Source: a virus
Taxonomy: Duplodnaviria; Caudoviricetes
DNA length: 64,000 bases
IMG/VR virus record: IMGVR_UViG_3300036546_000172
Span: 64,001 to 128,000 of that record
Direction: 5' to 3' (one strand)
Position numbers and translations under genes: made by a program. The notes under the pieces were generated by a model that saw nothing but the letters and a program-made list of their open reading frames with translations, had not been told where the DNA came from and did not search any database. This document shows, one piece after another, positions 28,157-37,287 of the stretch (within the stretch, counting starts at the first letter, position 1; every line of letters starts with the position of its first letter).

Positions 28157-28294
28157 ACATTGATGGTCTTTCGAAATGAATAGTAGTTATCACATATAAA
28201 TGACGCTACAATGTATTTCGAAAGTTAAGAACACCGCCGGACTGGCCCATCCGGGTACTGGTAGGGATTGAAGTTCCTAGGGCCACGCTCTTTA

Positions 28295-28679
28295 ACAAAC
28301 ATCATTGAGGTAGTCTCTAGGTGAGTTAACGGCCATTGACTCATTGAGGATTGGCGGAATAAAGTCGGAGGTCTTGGGCTTAACGCACGTTCAAAGAGGT
28401 GGTTCTCGGTCATCTATCAAATGGTAGATGACGCAGTCTGAAAAGGCTTGAACGGTTCCTTGCATACACTACAGGCTACAGACCCTACTCTGTTAAGCAT
28501 GTCAACAGTTCTCTCACCCTCATGCATGACTTGAAGATATTCTTCATAGTCGATGTCTGGCAACAGATGAGACAACAGATGACCAATCTAAGTCAGTCAG
28601 AGTCAACAAAGAGAGATGCAGGGGTGTTGGTAATAAGCTAGTCCAGCATTCTCACAGAGACTACCTCAATGATGTTTGT
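28295..28679 (+). ncRNA. unknown large structured RNA closed by a perfect 24-bp stem
   Basis: acaaacatcattgaggtagtctct / agagactacctcaatgatgtttgt, many nested helices, no credible ORF; strand inferred from the tRNA operon. Confidence 0.7.
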
Positions 28680-28684
28680 ATTAG

Positions 28685-28762
28685 TGCAGGGTGGACTGGA
28701 GATGGTTCCAGCTCGGTCTCATAAGCCGAATGACGGGGGTTCGAATCCCTCCCCTGCTTCCA
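28685..28762 (+). tRNA. tRNA-Met(CAT), initiator-like
   Basis: 1:72 mismatch, TCGGT/GCCGA anticodon stem, CCA. Confidence 0.88.
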
Positions 28763-28840
28763 TATAATCGAAAACCTGGTGCGGTGTGATGATACATCTA
28801 CTACAGGGTACCGAGGATGGTAGTTCACTCGGATCTTTTA

Positions 28841-28916
28841 GCCCGGTTAGCACAATTGGGAGTGCAATCGCCTTGTAAGCGATAGGTTGTAGGTTCGAGT
28901 CCTACACTGGGCACCA
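28841..28916 (+). tRNA. tRNA-Thr(TGT)
   Basis: Canonical cloverleaf with CCA. Confidence 0.93.
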
Positions 28917-28955
28917 TATCTGCATTTGATAAATACAAATAAATGCAGGTGATCT

Positions 28956-29807
28956 ATGTTTAAAGTAACTCTTCCTTCTAACGATGACTTCTACTGTCTG
29001 TGTAATCTGACTGGGTTACCACTTGGTCAATCTCTCATCATCACCAACAATACCAACTCACAAATCAGAGTCAATCGAGTATCGGTTAAGCCAGAAGATC
29101 CTCTATTAGGATTCCCAGTATGGCCTGGTCAGACTATTCTAGTTCATGGTAATGAAGAGCAACCGGTCTGGACCAGAGGTAATACCAACGGCTACATTCT
29201 GGTACAAACTCTGACTGAAACCATGATGCCCCTAACCGGAGTAGAGTTTCCACAGGACATCGTGACATCAGGCATTGAGGGTTTTCGCAGACTTCAAGTC
29301 GATACAGGACAGACCGGATTCTTCGAAGGTCGTGAGTTTCGTTTTCTGCGTAAGATAAGATCCGGCATTACTTTCAAGTTCGTATCGGCTGTAGATTTCG
29401 TGTTGTATGAACAGGTGTTCGGTATCTCTTCAGGAGCTTACGAGTTTCATGCCTGGCGTGTAGATAATGTAGAAGAGACGGCGTCCTTTGGTACTGATCT
29501 GTCACAACACATCATTAACAAAAACGCCTCTGGCGAATACCGAGATTATAATGGAGATAGATATCAAACTCAGGTAAGCATATCATCAGGAGGAACGCTG
29601 GCTATTAACGATGTTGAATTATATACTGACTATGCTGAAATGAGAACGGCAGGTTCTACAGCACAACGAGCGAGTGTGAATCAAGGCGGTAACACACAGC
29701 GATATCTACCAGCAGGTACGTATTACCTATCGTTTACTGTTCTTGATGCACTAGTTCGCGGTACGTATCAAATTGGATGGGAAGAAAGACCATCGGGAGT
29801 GAAATAG
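28956..29807 (+). CDS. hypothetical late protein, possibly structural
   Basis: TAAATA upstream; DTGQTGFFEGREFR and YLPAGTYY motifs. Confidence 0.65.
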   Translation: MFKVTLPSNDDFYCLCNLTGLPLGQSLIITNNTNSQIRVNRVSVKPEDPLLGFPVWPGQTILVHGNEEQPVWTRGNTNGYILVQTLTETMMPLTGVEFPQDIVTSGIEGFRRLQVDTGQTGFFEGREFRFLRKIRSGITFKFVSAVDFVLYEQVFGISSGAYEFHAWRVDNVEETASFGTDLSQHIINKNASGEYRDYNGDRYQTQVSISSGGTLAINDVELYTDYAEMRTAGSTAQRASVNQGGNTQRYLPAGTYYLSFTVLDALVRGTYQIGWEERPSGVK

Positions 29808-30454
29808 TGACACATGCATTAGTGAATAAAGTGAAATTAATTGATGATCGAGACATGGTGATTCGTGCATCTATCGACGGTCAGTTTGAAGCAGATACCT
29901 TCAAGTTCGTTGATCATCATATGCCTGTAGGTGGTCTGTTTATGGATATCGGCGCGTATTCTGGTATCTACTCACTGTACGTGGCTCAGTTCAAAGATGC
30001 AGTAGCTTATGGATTTGAGCCTAACCCATTATTGTTTGAGCGTTTCAATCAGAACATTGAACTGAATGGATTGAGATCTAACATTCAACCGCTCAACTTC
30101 GGATTATCAAACAAACAACAGAAAGCCTCGTTGTACGTCAATCCAAACACACACCTGACATCCGCTGGCAGTCTATCACCAGAACGCGGTAAGACCTCTG
30201 TATTCGAAGTAGATATAGAGGTGTATGATGACATGCCGTTCTCCGTGCTGTCTATTGACATGGTCAAGATAGACGTTGAGGGTCACGAGTCTCAGGTGAT
30301 TGAGGGAATGATTTACACGCTTAAACGTGATCATCCAATTGTCATTGTAGAGTGCTTAGATGAGCAGGCGGTGAAGCAATGTGATGATCTTCTACTACCT
30401 CTTGGATATGAAAGGACTGGTTGTCTCGATGACAGAAACTACACGTACCAATAA
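29807..30454 (+). CDS. FkbM-family SAM methyltransferase
   Basis: DIGAYSG, FEPNP and KIDVEGHE. Confidence 0.88.
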   Translation: MTHALVNKVKLIDDRDMVIRASIDGQFEADTFKFVDHHMPVGGLFMDIGAYSGIYSLYVAQFKDAVAYGFEPNPLLFERFNQNIELNGLRSNIQPLNFGLSNKQQKASLYVNPNTHLTSAGSLSPERGKTSVFEVDIEVYDDMPFSVLSIDMVKIDVEGHESQVIEGMIYTLKRDHPIVIVECLDEQAVKQCDDLLLPLGYERTGCLDDRNYTYQ

Positions 30455-30670
30455 CATCACGGTAGGTGTCCTATGGGCATCTTCATATAATGATTTTGAG
30501 CGAGCGACCATCATTGAGCACTGGCTTGGCGTCGACAGAGACGACATAATGGACATAGTAAATGAGTACATAGAAGGAAGAGAGGATGTGTTTTATTGGG
30601 TACACATCTTTGATGGAGAACCAACATCGGTTAAGCCGAGTCTTGTAACGATAAGTGAAGGAGAGTCATA

Positions 30671-31075
30671 ATGGCAGGTAATAAAGGTCGCGGTCAGAAG
30701 GCAGCGAAGAAGCAGTATTACAGCTCGTACAACTATGAAAAGAACCGCAAACTTCGTCTTGAGCGTCATCTGAGCAAGCACCCTGAAGATGCTCAGGCAA
30801 AAGCTGCGCTCAAGAACATCCATCATCGCGGACCTCGTCCGTCTACTAACAAGATGGGATGGGTAGATCGCTCCATGACCATCCAGGGTGGATACACCGA
30901 TAAGAAAGATGATTACAGTCTGGTATTTGCTAATGTCAGTGGGTCAGCTGAAGCTAAAGCACTGGCACAAATGGCTGCACATGTTCGCAAAGTCGAGCGC
31001 ATGAAGCAGCATGGAGTAGACTTCTTGAACGAAAAGCCCAAGAAGAAGTCTAAGAAATACGGCATGCCTCAGTGA
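30671..31075 (+). CDS. basic hypothetical protein
   Basis: KNRKLRLERHLSKHPEDAQA; GGAG RBS. Confidence 0.65.
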   Translation: MAGNKGRGQKAAKKQYYSSYNYEKNRKLRLERHLSKHPEDAQAKAALKNIHHRGPRPSTNKMGWVDRSMTIQGGYTDKKDDYSLVFANVSGSAEAKALAQMAAHVRKVERMKQHGVDFLNEKPKKKSKKYGMPQ

Positions 31076-31083
31076 GATAACGT

Positions 31084-31332
31084 ATGAGATGGATTGTACT
31101 GATATTAGCGTCCGTCGGAGTGTACCTGTCTGCATTGGCAGGTATCACTTTTTTCCTAACCTTAATATTTTCAATGGGATCGTATTTCATCTACGGTGAA
31201 TGGATCTGGCTCTGGGAGATGAGATCCACGCCAGGTCTCATGGTTCTCATCCTATGCGTCGGGATCTCTAATTACCTGATTGAAGACTACATCAAATGTG
31301 AATGCGGTATCGATGAGCATAAGGATAAATAG
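31084..31332 (+). CDS. membrane protein
   Basis: Two hydrophobic segments. Confidence 0.55.
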   Translation: MRWIVLILASVGVYLSALAGITFFLTLIFSMGSYFIYGEWIWLWEMRSTPGLMVLILCVGISNYLIEDYIKCECGIDEHKDK

Positions 31333-31353
31333 AAGCATCATTCACTAAAGGAT

Positions 31354-31656
31354 ATGAACATGCTATCATTCAAAGAACATCAGATGCTGTCAGAGATGGT
31401 GCAGTCTATGGACGCTCAATTCACAGACGATATCATTGACAAGGCTGAGTACTATGACATTGAAGAAGATGAGATCACTCTTCAAACCACCGTCACAATC
31501 TATGACGCTAACGGTGGTGTACTGACTACGGTCACTGTAGAAGATTATGACATGGCTGAGACCTACCTTGAAGATATGTTTGATCTTGAGCCTTACGAGC
31601 CTTCTGATGCCAATGATGAAGCTGCTGCATCTAATTCTCGTTACGGCCATGCTTAA
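31354..31656 (+). CDS. acidic late protein, possible internal head protein
   Basis: GATAAATA upstream; MLSFKEHQMLSE N-terminus. Confidence 0.6.
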   Translation: MNMLSFKEHQMLSEMVQSMDAQFTDDIIDKAEYYDIEEDEITLQTTVTIYDANGGVLTTVTVEDYDMAETYLEDMFDLEPYEPSDANDEAAASNSRYGHA

Positions 31657-31716
31657 GAGTTGATCTCCATCTCCATTCAATCTATTATATTATGGTAGAT
31701 TGAATGGAGACACATC

Positions 31717-32031
31717 ATGATAGACAAGCAATACATTGTTAACCTCCTGAAGACCAATGACAAGGCTGTAGCTCGCGCGTTGGTTGTGCTCACCGAACGT
31801 CAAACACCTCAAGAACAAGCTAATCAAACCACAGTTGTTGAAAACGGCGAAGGCTTTCGCCCGTGTCATGCGCGGATGGGAACCTCTATGGCTGAGTTCT
31901 ATAAAAACCGCGGCTTTCTCACGGAGAAGCAGATAAACTACTGGCGTCATACTCAGAAAGACGGTAAAATGCGCATTGAAGTATACGCCAATCAGTTGCT
32001 TGGCATTGCTAAACTAAAACAGACAAAGTGA
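31717..32031 (+). CDS. conserved phage hypothetical protein
   Basis: NDKAVARAL...RQT.QEQ...NGEGF. Confidence 0.7.
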   Translation: MIDKQYIVNLLKTNDKAVARALVVLTERQTPQEQANQTTVVENGEGFRPCHARMGTSMAEFYKNRGFLTEKQINYWRHTQKDGKMRIEVYANQLLGIAKLKQTK

Positions 32032-32039
32032 GATATATT

Positions 32040-32570
32040 ATGAAGCACAACCACATGAACGTCACCTACGACGGAATTGGTTTCGTTAACAACCGTGGTA
32101 CATCCAAGTACTGGGGAGTGTGTAAGACTCTGAATGACGACAAGAACTATCGCATCACCGTCAATGACCTGAAGAATACATACACGTTCCATCCACACCA
32201 GGAATTGGGTCGTATTTCTGAGGAGACAGCTGCAAAATTGGCTGCAGCGCTTTACAAGTATCGTGTCGGCAATCTTCCTATCCATGTTAATGTAGATGTA
32301 GACGGCACAATCTATCGCCTGGATGCTGCGACGAAGAAGATTTACAGGATGGTTGGTAGCTTGTGCGTTAATGTTGAACCGCCTATTGATGAAGCAGTGG
32401 CTCAAAGCATTACTGCCAAGCCAGAAGATGTAGTGAATCGTATGCTGGATATGTATAATGTCCACGGTGAAGAGCGTCAGTTTATTACCGATGCATTTCA
32501 TAAAATGACTGGTGATATGAGCATGCGCGGCCGCAAAGTGCTGGCTGCAATTTTGCGCAGCACCGTGTAA
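32040..32570 (+). CDS. hypothetical protein, possibly DNA-binding
   Basis: SKYWGV...EETAAK, reminiscent of AP2-like domains. Confidence 0.55.
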   Translation: MKHNHMNVTYDGIGFVNNRGTSKYWGVCKTLNDDKNYRITVNDLKNTYTFHPHQELGRISEETAAKLAAALYKYRVGNLPIHVNVDVDGTIYRLDAATKKIYRMVGSLCVNVEPPIDEAVAQSITAKPEDVVNRMLDMYNVHGEERQFITDAFHKMTGDMSMRGRKVLAAILRSTV

Positions 32571-32649
32571 ATAACGTACTATTCAATGGAGGTGTTAGTA
32601 TATTAACAACCCCTCCCTGCATAAATAAACCTACAAGGGGAGGGTACAA

Positions 32650-33903
32650 ATGAATAAACATTACTTCGAAAGATACACAAAGTTTATGCTTCGTTGCAAA
32701 GCCAATAACCTAGAGCGGGAAAGTGGAGCAACAGAAACACATCACATTATTCCACGCTGTCGTGGAGGTGATAATAGCCCTGATAACTTAGTTGTGCTTA
32801 CTTTACGTGAGCATTATGTTGCTCATTGGATGTTGTGGAGAGCATATCCTGAAGACCAAGCACTCGCTTTTGCTCTTTATCAAATGAGCAATAAAAATGC
32901 TCAAAAGTATGAAGGAAAAGTAAAAACTATTCCATCAAGAGTATACAGTAGCTTAAAATCACAATGTGTACAGGCTATATCTGAAAACAATAGAGTGTGG
33001 GTATACGTTAAGGATTCAGACAACAACTTAGTTAAGCTATCAAAACAAGAGTACCAAGAATCCGAATTAAAATTCCATACTAGTGGGATGGTTTATTGTT
33101 ATGATGTAATAGAGGAGGAATATACATATATCACCTCTGACCTGTACCAATCTAGTGATAGATATGTTAGGCGGGTTGATCACGTCACACGATTGTGGAT
33201 AAACGAAGACACGGGTGAAGTCCGACGAATGAGTTTTATAGAGCGGCGTGAGTTAAACCGTGAGCTGGGTTATGATGGGTGGAAGTACCTATATGCTCAG
33301 AAAACGAGTGTTTATAACGAAAACGGCGACAAAATAAGCATTCCACTAAACACATACAAAGAAAACCGTGGCAATTATACGCACATAAATCACGGATCAT
33401 TTGTTGTACTGGACCAGGTAACAAAAACCCATATTAAAGTGACACACGACGAGTACGCCAGTGATCCTGACCGATACCTAACATCAACTAAAGGTAAAGT
33501 GTTGTCGCGAGATGATGAGGGGAATGTGGTATTGGTATCCAAAGATGAATTTGACAAAGGAAACTTAGAAGGACTTACTAAGAACATGACATCCGCCAAG
33601 AACATAAAAACGGGATTGTACGAAAAAATTACTGTAGAAGAATTTGAGAAAAACAAAGACTTGTATTCTGGTCCGTGTTTAGGTAAAGTTAACGCAAGAA
33701 ATAAATTAACTGGTGAAGTCAAACAAATACCGAGAGAATACTTCCTTAATCATAGAGACGAATGGGCTGGAGCTTCTCACGGTGTATTTAAGATTAGAAA
33801 TCGTTTAACAGGTGAGACAATGCGTGTTACTATATGGGACGACTTGAGTGAATATGATACCAATGAATGGTATACTACAAGCAAAAAATACAGAATCCAA
33901 TAA
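32650..33903 (+). mobile_element. free-standing HNH homing endonuclease with a repetitive C-terminal DNA-binding region
   Basis: HHIIPRCRGGDNSPDNLVVLTLREHYVAH; AT-rich; upstream hairpin with a late promoter in its loop. Confidence 0.88.
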
Positions 33904-33914
33904 TGGAAGATAAT

Positions 33915-34787
33915 ATGCTATACTCAGAAATTTTTAAGAGTCTTGCTGGTGAAGGGCACTATACAGGATACCCTTCTTTATGGCTTAGGACTTTTTACTG
34001 CAATCTTACTTGTGCTGGTTTTGGTCAACCTGATCCTACAAACAAAGAAACTTATAACCCAGTAGGTAAAGATGTTAACTTGATCGATATTAAGGATATT
34101 ACAGATCTCCCAGTATTTAAATATGGTTGTGATAGTGCGTATTCAGTAGCTAAGGAATTTAAACATCTTCAGTACGACGAGACTCCTGAGCAGATAGCCG
34201 AGCGTTTGGATGCTTTACTTCCGACTCATGGTGTGTGGTCTAATGAAGATTATGATTTCCACATGGTATTTACTGGTGGAGAGCCCCTTTTAAAGAAAAC
34301 ACAGAAGGGATTAGTGGAACTTTTTGATTTGTGGAGCAGGCGTGAGGATGGTAGCCGTCCCAAGTTCATTACGTTTGAAACTAACGGGACTCAAAAAATT
34401 ACTCCTGAATTAGCACAACGACTAAACAGTTCTTGGATTGAAGAAGTTTTGTTTTCGTATTCTCCTAAGCTCTTTACTGTATCAGGAGAGTCCAATAAAC
34501 GAGCGGTTAAGCCTGAAATTATACAACACAACATTGATGCAGTCGATAGGAGTGCTTATACGTTGAAGTTTGTAGTAAACGGCCAAGATGCAGCATGGAA
34601 CGAACTTGACGATGTAATCAATCAAATAGGACTAGGTAAAAAACATGTGTGGATCATGGCAGTTGGAGGACGAGTTGAAGATCAAGAGCTTTCTGCAGGA
34701 GATATAGCTAATAGGGCCATTGACCAAGGGTATAAAGTGAGTGCGCGGGTTCACTCTTATCTGTGGGGGAATACTCCCGGCACGTAA
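33915..34787 (+). CDS. queE: 7-carboxy-7-deazaguanine synthase (radical SAM)
   Basis: SEIFKSLAGEG, CNLTC...GCDS, FTGGEPLL, ETNG and SPK. Confidence 0.9.
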   Translation: MLYSEIFKSLAGEGHYTGYPSLWLRTFYCNLTCAGFGQPDPTNKETYNPVGKDVNLIDIKDITDLPVFKYGCDSAYSVAKEFKHLQYDETPEQIAERLDALLPTHGVWSNEDYDFHMVFTGGEPLLKKTQKGLVELFDLWSRREDGSRPKFITFETNGTQKITPELAQRLNSSWIEEVLFSYSPKLFTVSGESNKRAVKPEIIQHNIDAVDRSAYTLKFVVNGQDAAWNELDDVINQIGLGKKHVWIMAVGGRVEDQELSAGDIANRAIDQGYKVSARVHSYLWGNTPGT

Positions 34788-34818
34788 ATACTGCATATCC
34801 AACCAAACGAGATGTGAC

Positions 34819-35310
34819 ATGAAATTCAAGCAATTCCTAAACGAGCAAATCGATCGCACGAAGATAGCTGTATCTAACGCATCGAAGTTCAACACATTAA
34901 AACGAGCTATTGATGCTATGTACCGTCAGAAGATGGTCACTGGTGTCTTGCTGGGTGACGATAATCAATACTGGGTACCAGCTACCAATCGTGAAATGAG
35001 CCTGCTGGTTAAAGCCGGGTATGAAGAACTTGATACCAAAGGCATGAACGAGTCTCAGACGCTGACCAAGACTCACAAGTCCATCATTGATGGCAAGAAA
35101 GGATCTGTGGTCATCACCACCTGGGGATCAGTTCCAAGACCAGACGTAGATGATTTAGTATCTATCAGTCATAATGGGGTTGAGCTGTATCGAACGCGAT
35201 ATGACAGCAAGCGGATAGATAGCGGAGAGAAGGTATACGAGTTTCGCTCAGACGATGACTCTATGCGTATGTGGGTCAATAAAGACCTTTCAAGAATGTG
35301 GCATGATTAA
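34819..35310 (+). CDS. late protein with a capsid-targeting-like N-terminus
   Basis: TAAATA upstream; starts MKFKQFLNE. Confidence 0.6.
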   Translation: MKFKQFLNEQIDRTKIAVSNASKFNTLKRAIDAMYRQKMVTGVLLGDDNQYWVPATNREMSLLVKAGYEELDTKGMNESQTLTKTHKSIIDGKKGSVVITTWGSVPRPDVDDLVSISHNGVELYRTRYDSKRIDSGEKVYEFRSDDDSMRMWVNKDLSRMWHD

Positions 35311-35322
35311 GAGGATTATTAA

Positions 35323-35910
35323 ATGACGTGGGAAATCCATAAGGACTTTTACCTGGAGTACGGACATCGTGTGTGGAGTCAAGAACTTCATTCGGACTTC
35401 TGCGCCACGGGTGATGATAAATGCGCCTGTCGACATCTGCATGGTCACAGCGGTAAGGTGTCCATTCATCTGGAAGCTGATGAGCTTGAACGCGGAATGG
35501 TCACTGATTTCAAGCACATTGGATTCATGAAGAACTTCATCGATCGTTACCTGGATCATAAAATGCTGATTGATCTTGATGATCCGGCTTTCGATCTTGT
35601 GACGGGCGGTCTTGTAGATAAGCGACGCGCAACCTTCATGATGTACGATCGCTCACTGCCTCTGTCTCGAGTCATGATGGACGATTACGTGTGTGGATAC
35701 GTGATAGCAGATCTAGATAAAACGGATCTCCCATCACACCAGATTGAGCTGCTCGAGGGCTTCTTTTTCGTAGAATTCTTGCCTACGTCTGAGAATCTGT
35801 GTAAGTACATCGCTGAAGTAGCTGGTGCTAAGCTGAAGCAGCTGGGTGTCAAGGTGTCTAAGGCTATGTGGCACGAGACTCCGAAATCACACGCCTCGTA
35901 TATTCTGTAA
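35323..35910 (+). CDS. queD: 6-carboxytetrahydropterin synthase
   Basis: GHR, CRHLHGHS, MVTDF, LDH, PTSEN and ETP. Confidence 0.92.
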   Translation: MTWEIHKDFYLEYGHRVWSQELHSDFCATGDDKCACRHLHGHSGKVSIHLEADELERGMVTDFKHIGFMKNFIDRYLDHKMLIDLDDPAFDLVTGGLVDKRRATFMMYDRSLPLSRVMMDDYVCGYVIADLDKTDLPSHQIELLEGFFFVEFLPTSENLCKYIAEVAGAKLKQLGVKVSKAMWHETPKSHASYIL

Positions 35911-35988
35911 AAAGTAGTTGATCTCCTGGTCATCTTTTCCTATAATGTAATGGTAGGATAGAGATAACACTGACCAGGAGATTATATT

Positions 35989-36369
35989 ATGAACAAGCTG
36001 ACCACTGAAGCCAAAGTTGAAATCGTTGTTGCTGCTCTGAAGAAGGGTGATAAGCTGGTAAAATCTCATCTGGCTAAAGAGAAGGGAATTGATCCCAAGA
36101 CTCTGAATCGCTACATGAAGCAGTATCACAGTGAGGCGAAGAAGCGTCTGGAAGTGAAACCAGCCTCTATGCCAACCAAACGTGGTGGCAAACCTCGCAA
36201 CGGCCGAGTCAGTCTGATCCTGGATTCTATTTCCAAGTTCGGAGTAGATGGGAAGACTGCTGAGATCTACAAAGACGCGCTTCAAAAAGCTGAAGAGCAG
36301 AATATGCGTGAGATTTCTAAGTACAGCTGGTACTCTATGATCGCGCAGATTCGCAACAACCTGAAGTAA
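35989..36369 (+). CDS. basic HTH-like protein
   Basis: LAKEKGIDPKTLNRY; own promoter and terminator. Confidence 0.6.
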   Translation: MNKLTTEAKVEIVVAALKKGDKLVKSHLAKEKGIDPKTLNRYMKQYHSEAKKRLEVKPASMPTKRGGKPRNGRVSLILDSISKFGVDGKTAEIYKDALQKAEEQNMREISKYSWYSMIAQIRNNLK

Positions 36370-36559
36370 TATTCAGACGAATTAAAAGGCCAGATGAGGA
36401 AACTTATCTGGCCTTTTGCTATAAATAGCGCTACAATCCTACAAGCAACAGATTTTCTGAAGGTTGCACCTGACTCCCTTGTTAGGTTTTTCTTCAGCCA
36501 AGGTTGACCGCCCTTGTCTCTTCCACGGTCATTAAACATTCAAATGAAGAGGAAATGCA

Positions 36560-37225
36560 ATGTCTAAAAACAATCCGCTGCTAGGTAGTGAAGTGAATAA
36601 ACACCTGCGTAAACTGGGTATTCAGACTCCTATGACTGATCGCGTTATGGAAGATCGTGATGTTAAGGTTGAGAAGATCACTCACCTCATGGCAGAAGTG
36701 CTTGAAGTTCTGGGACTGGATCTCACAGATGATTCATTAGAAGAAACACCTCTACGGGTCGCTAAGATGTATGTAGATGAGGTCTTCAGTGGTCTGACTG
36801 ATGAGGCTTTCCCCAAATGCACAACGGTAGAAAATAAGTTTTCGTCCGGTGATGAGTTTGTACAAGAAAAGAATATAACGTTATATTCAGACTGCGAGCA
36901 TCACCTGCGTCCAATATACGGGGTAGCTCATGTGGCGTATTGTCCGGCAGATAAGGTACTGGGTCTGAGTAAGATGAATCGGATCGTACAGTATTTCGCC
37001 CGACGTCCGCAGGTTCAGGAGCGTCTGACTCATCAGATTGCTGCTGCTATTTCATACATTACTGGCTCTGAAGATGTGATTGTGGCTGTTGATGCCAGAC
37101 ACATGTGTGTATCTCAGCGTGGTGTATCTGACACTAACAGCTCTACACAAACTATCGCAGCTCTTGGTCGATTCGGTAAGCAAGATTCCCACCTACGCAG
37201 TGAGTTCATAAACTCCATCCAATAA
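36560..37225 (+). CDS. folE: GTP cyclohydrolase I
   Basis: ETPLRVAKMY, CEHH, GLSK, RPQVQERLT and HMC. Confidence 0.96.
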   Translation: MSKNNPLLGSEVNKHLRKLGIQTPMTDRVMEDRDVKVEKITHLMAEVLEVLGLDLTDDSLEETPLRVAKMYVDEVFSGLTDEAFPKCTTVENKFSSGDEFVQEKNITLYSDCEHHLRPIYGVAHVAYCPADKVLGLSKMNRIVQYFARRPQVQERLTHQIAAAISYITGSEDVIVAVDARHMCVSQRGVSDTNSSTQTIAALGRFGKQDSHLRSEFINSIQ

Positions 37226-37287
37226 TCCTTTCAATCGAGTTGTAGCGTGACTATAATGTACGCTACAACTCCGTAAAGAGGTTCTAT

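Noticed and set aside
25915-28413. ORFs 25915-26163, 25992-26207, 26217-26414, 27785-28057 and 28225-28413
   Set aside because: They are shadows of tRNA or ncRNA sequence with no RBS or protein features
28295-28679. Group I intron, tmRNA or RNase P identity for the large RNA (it contains CAGAGACTAC and TAGTC)
   Set aside because: The R/S-like words are part of the terminal inverted repeat and in the wrong order; there are no flanking exons, no tmRNA acceptor ends or tag, and no convincing RNase P P4 motif
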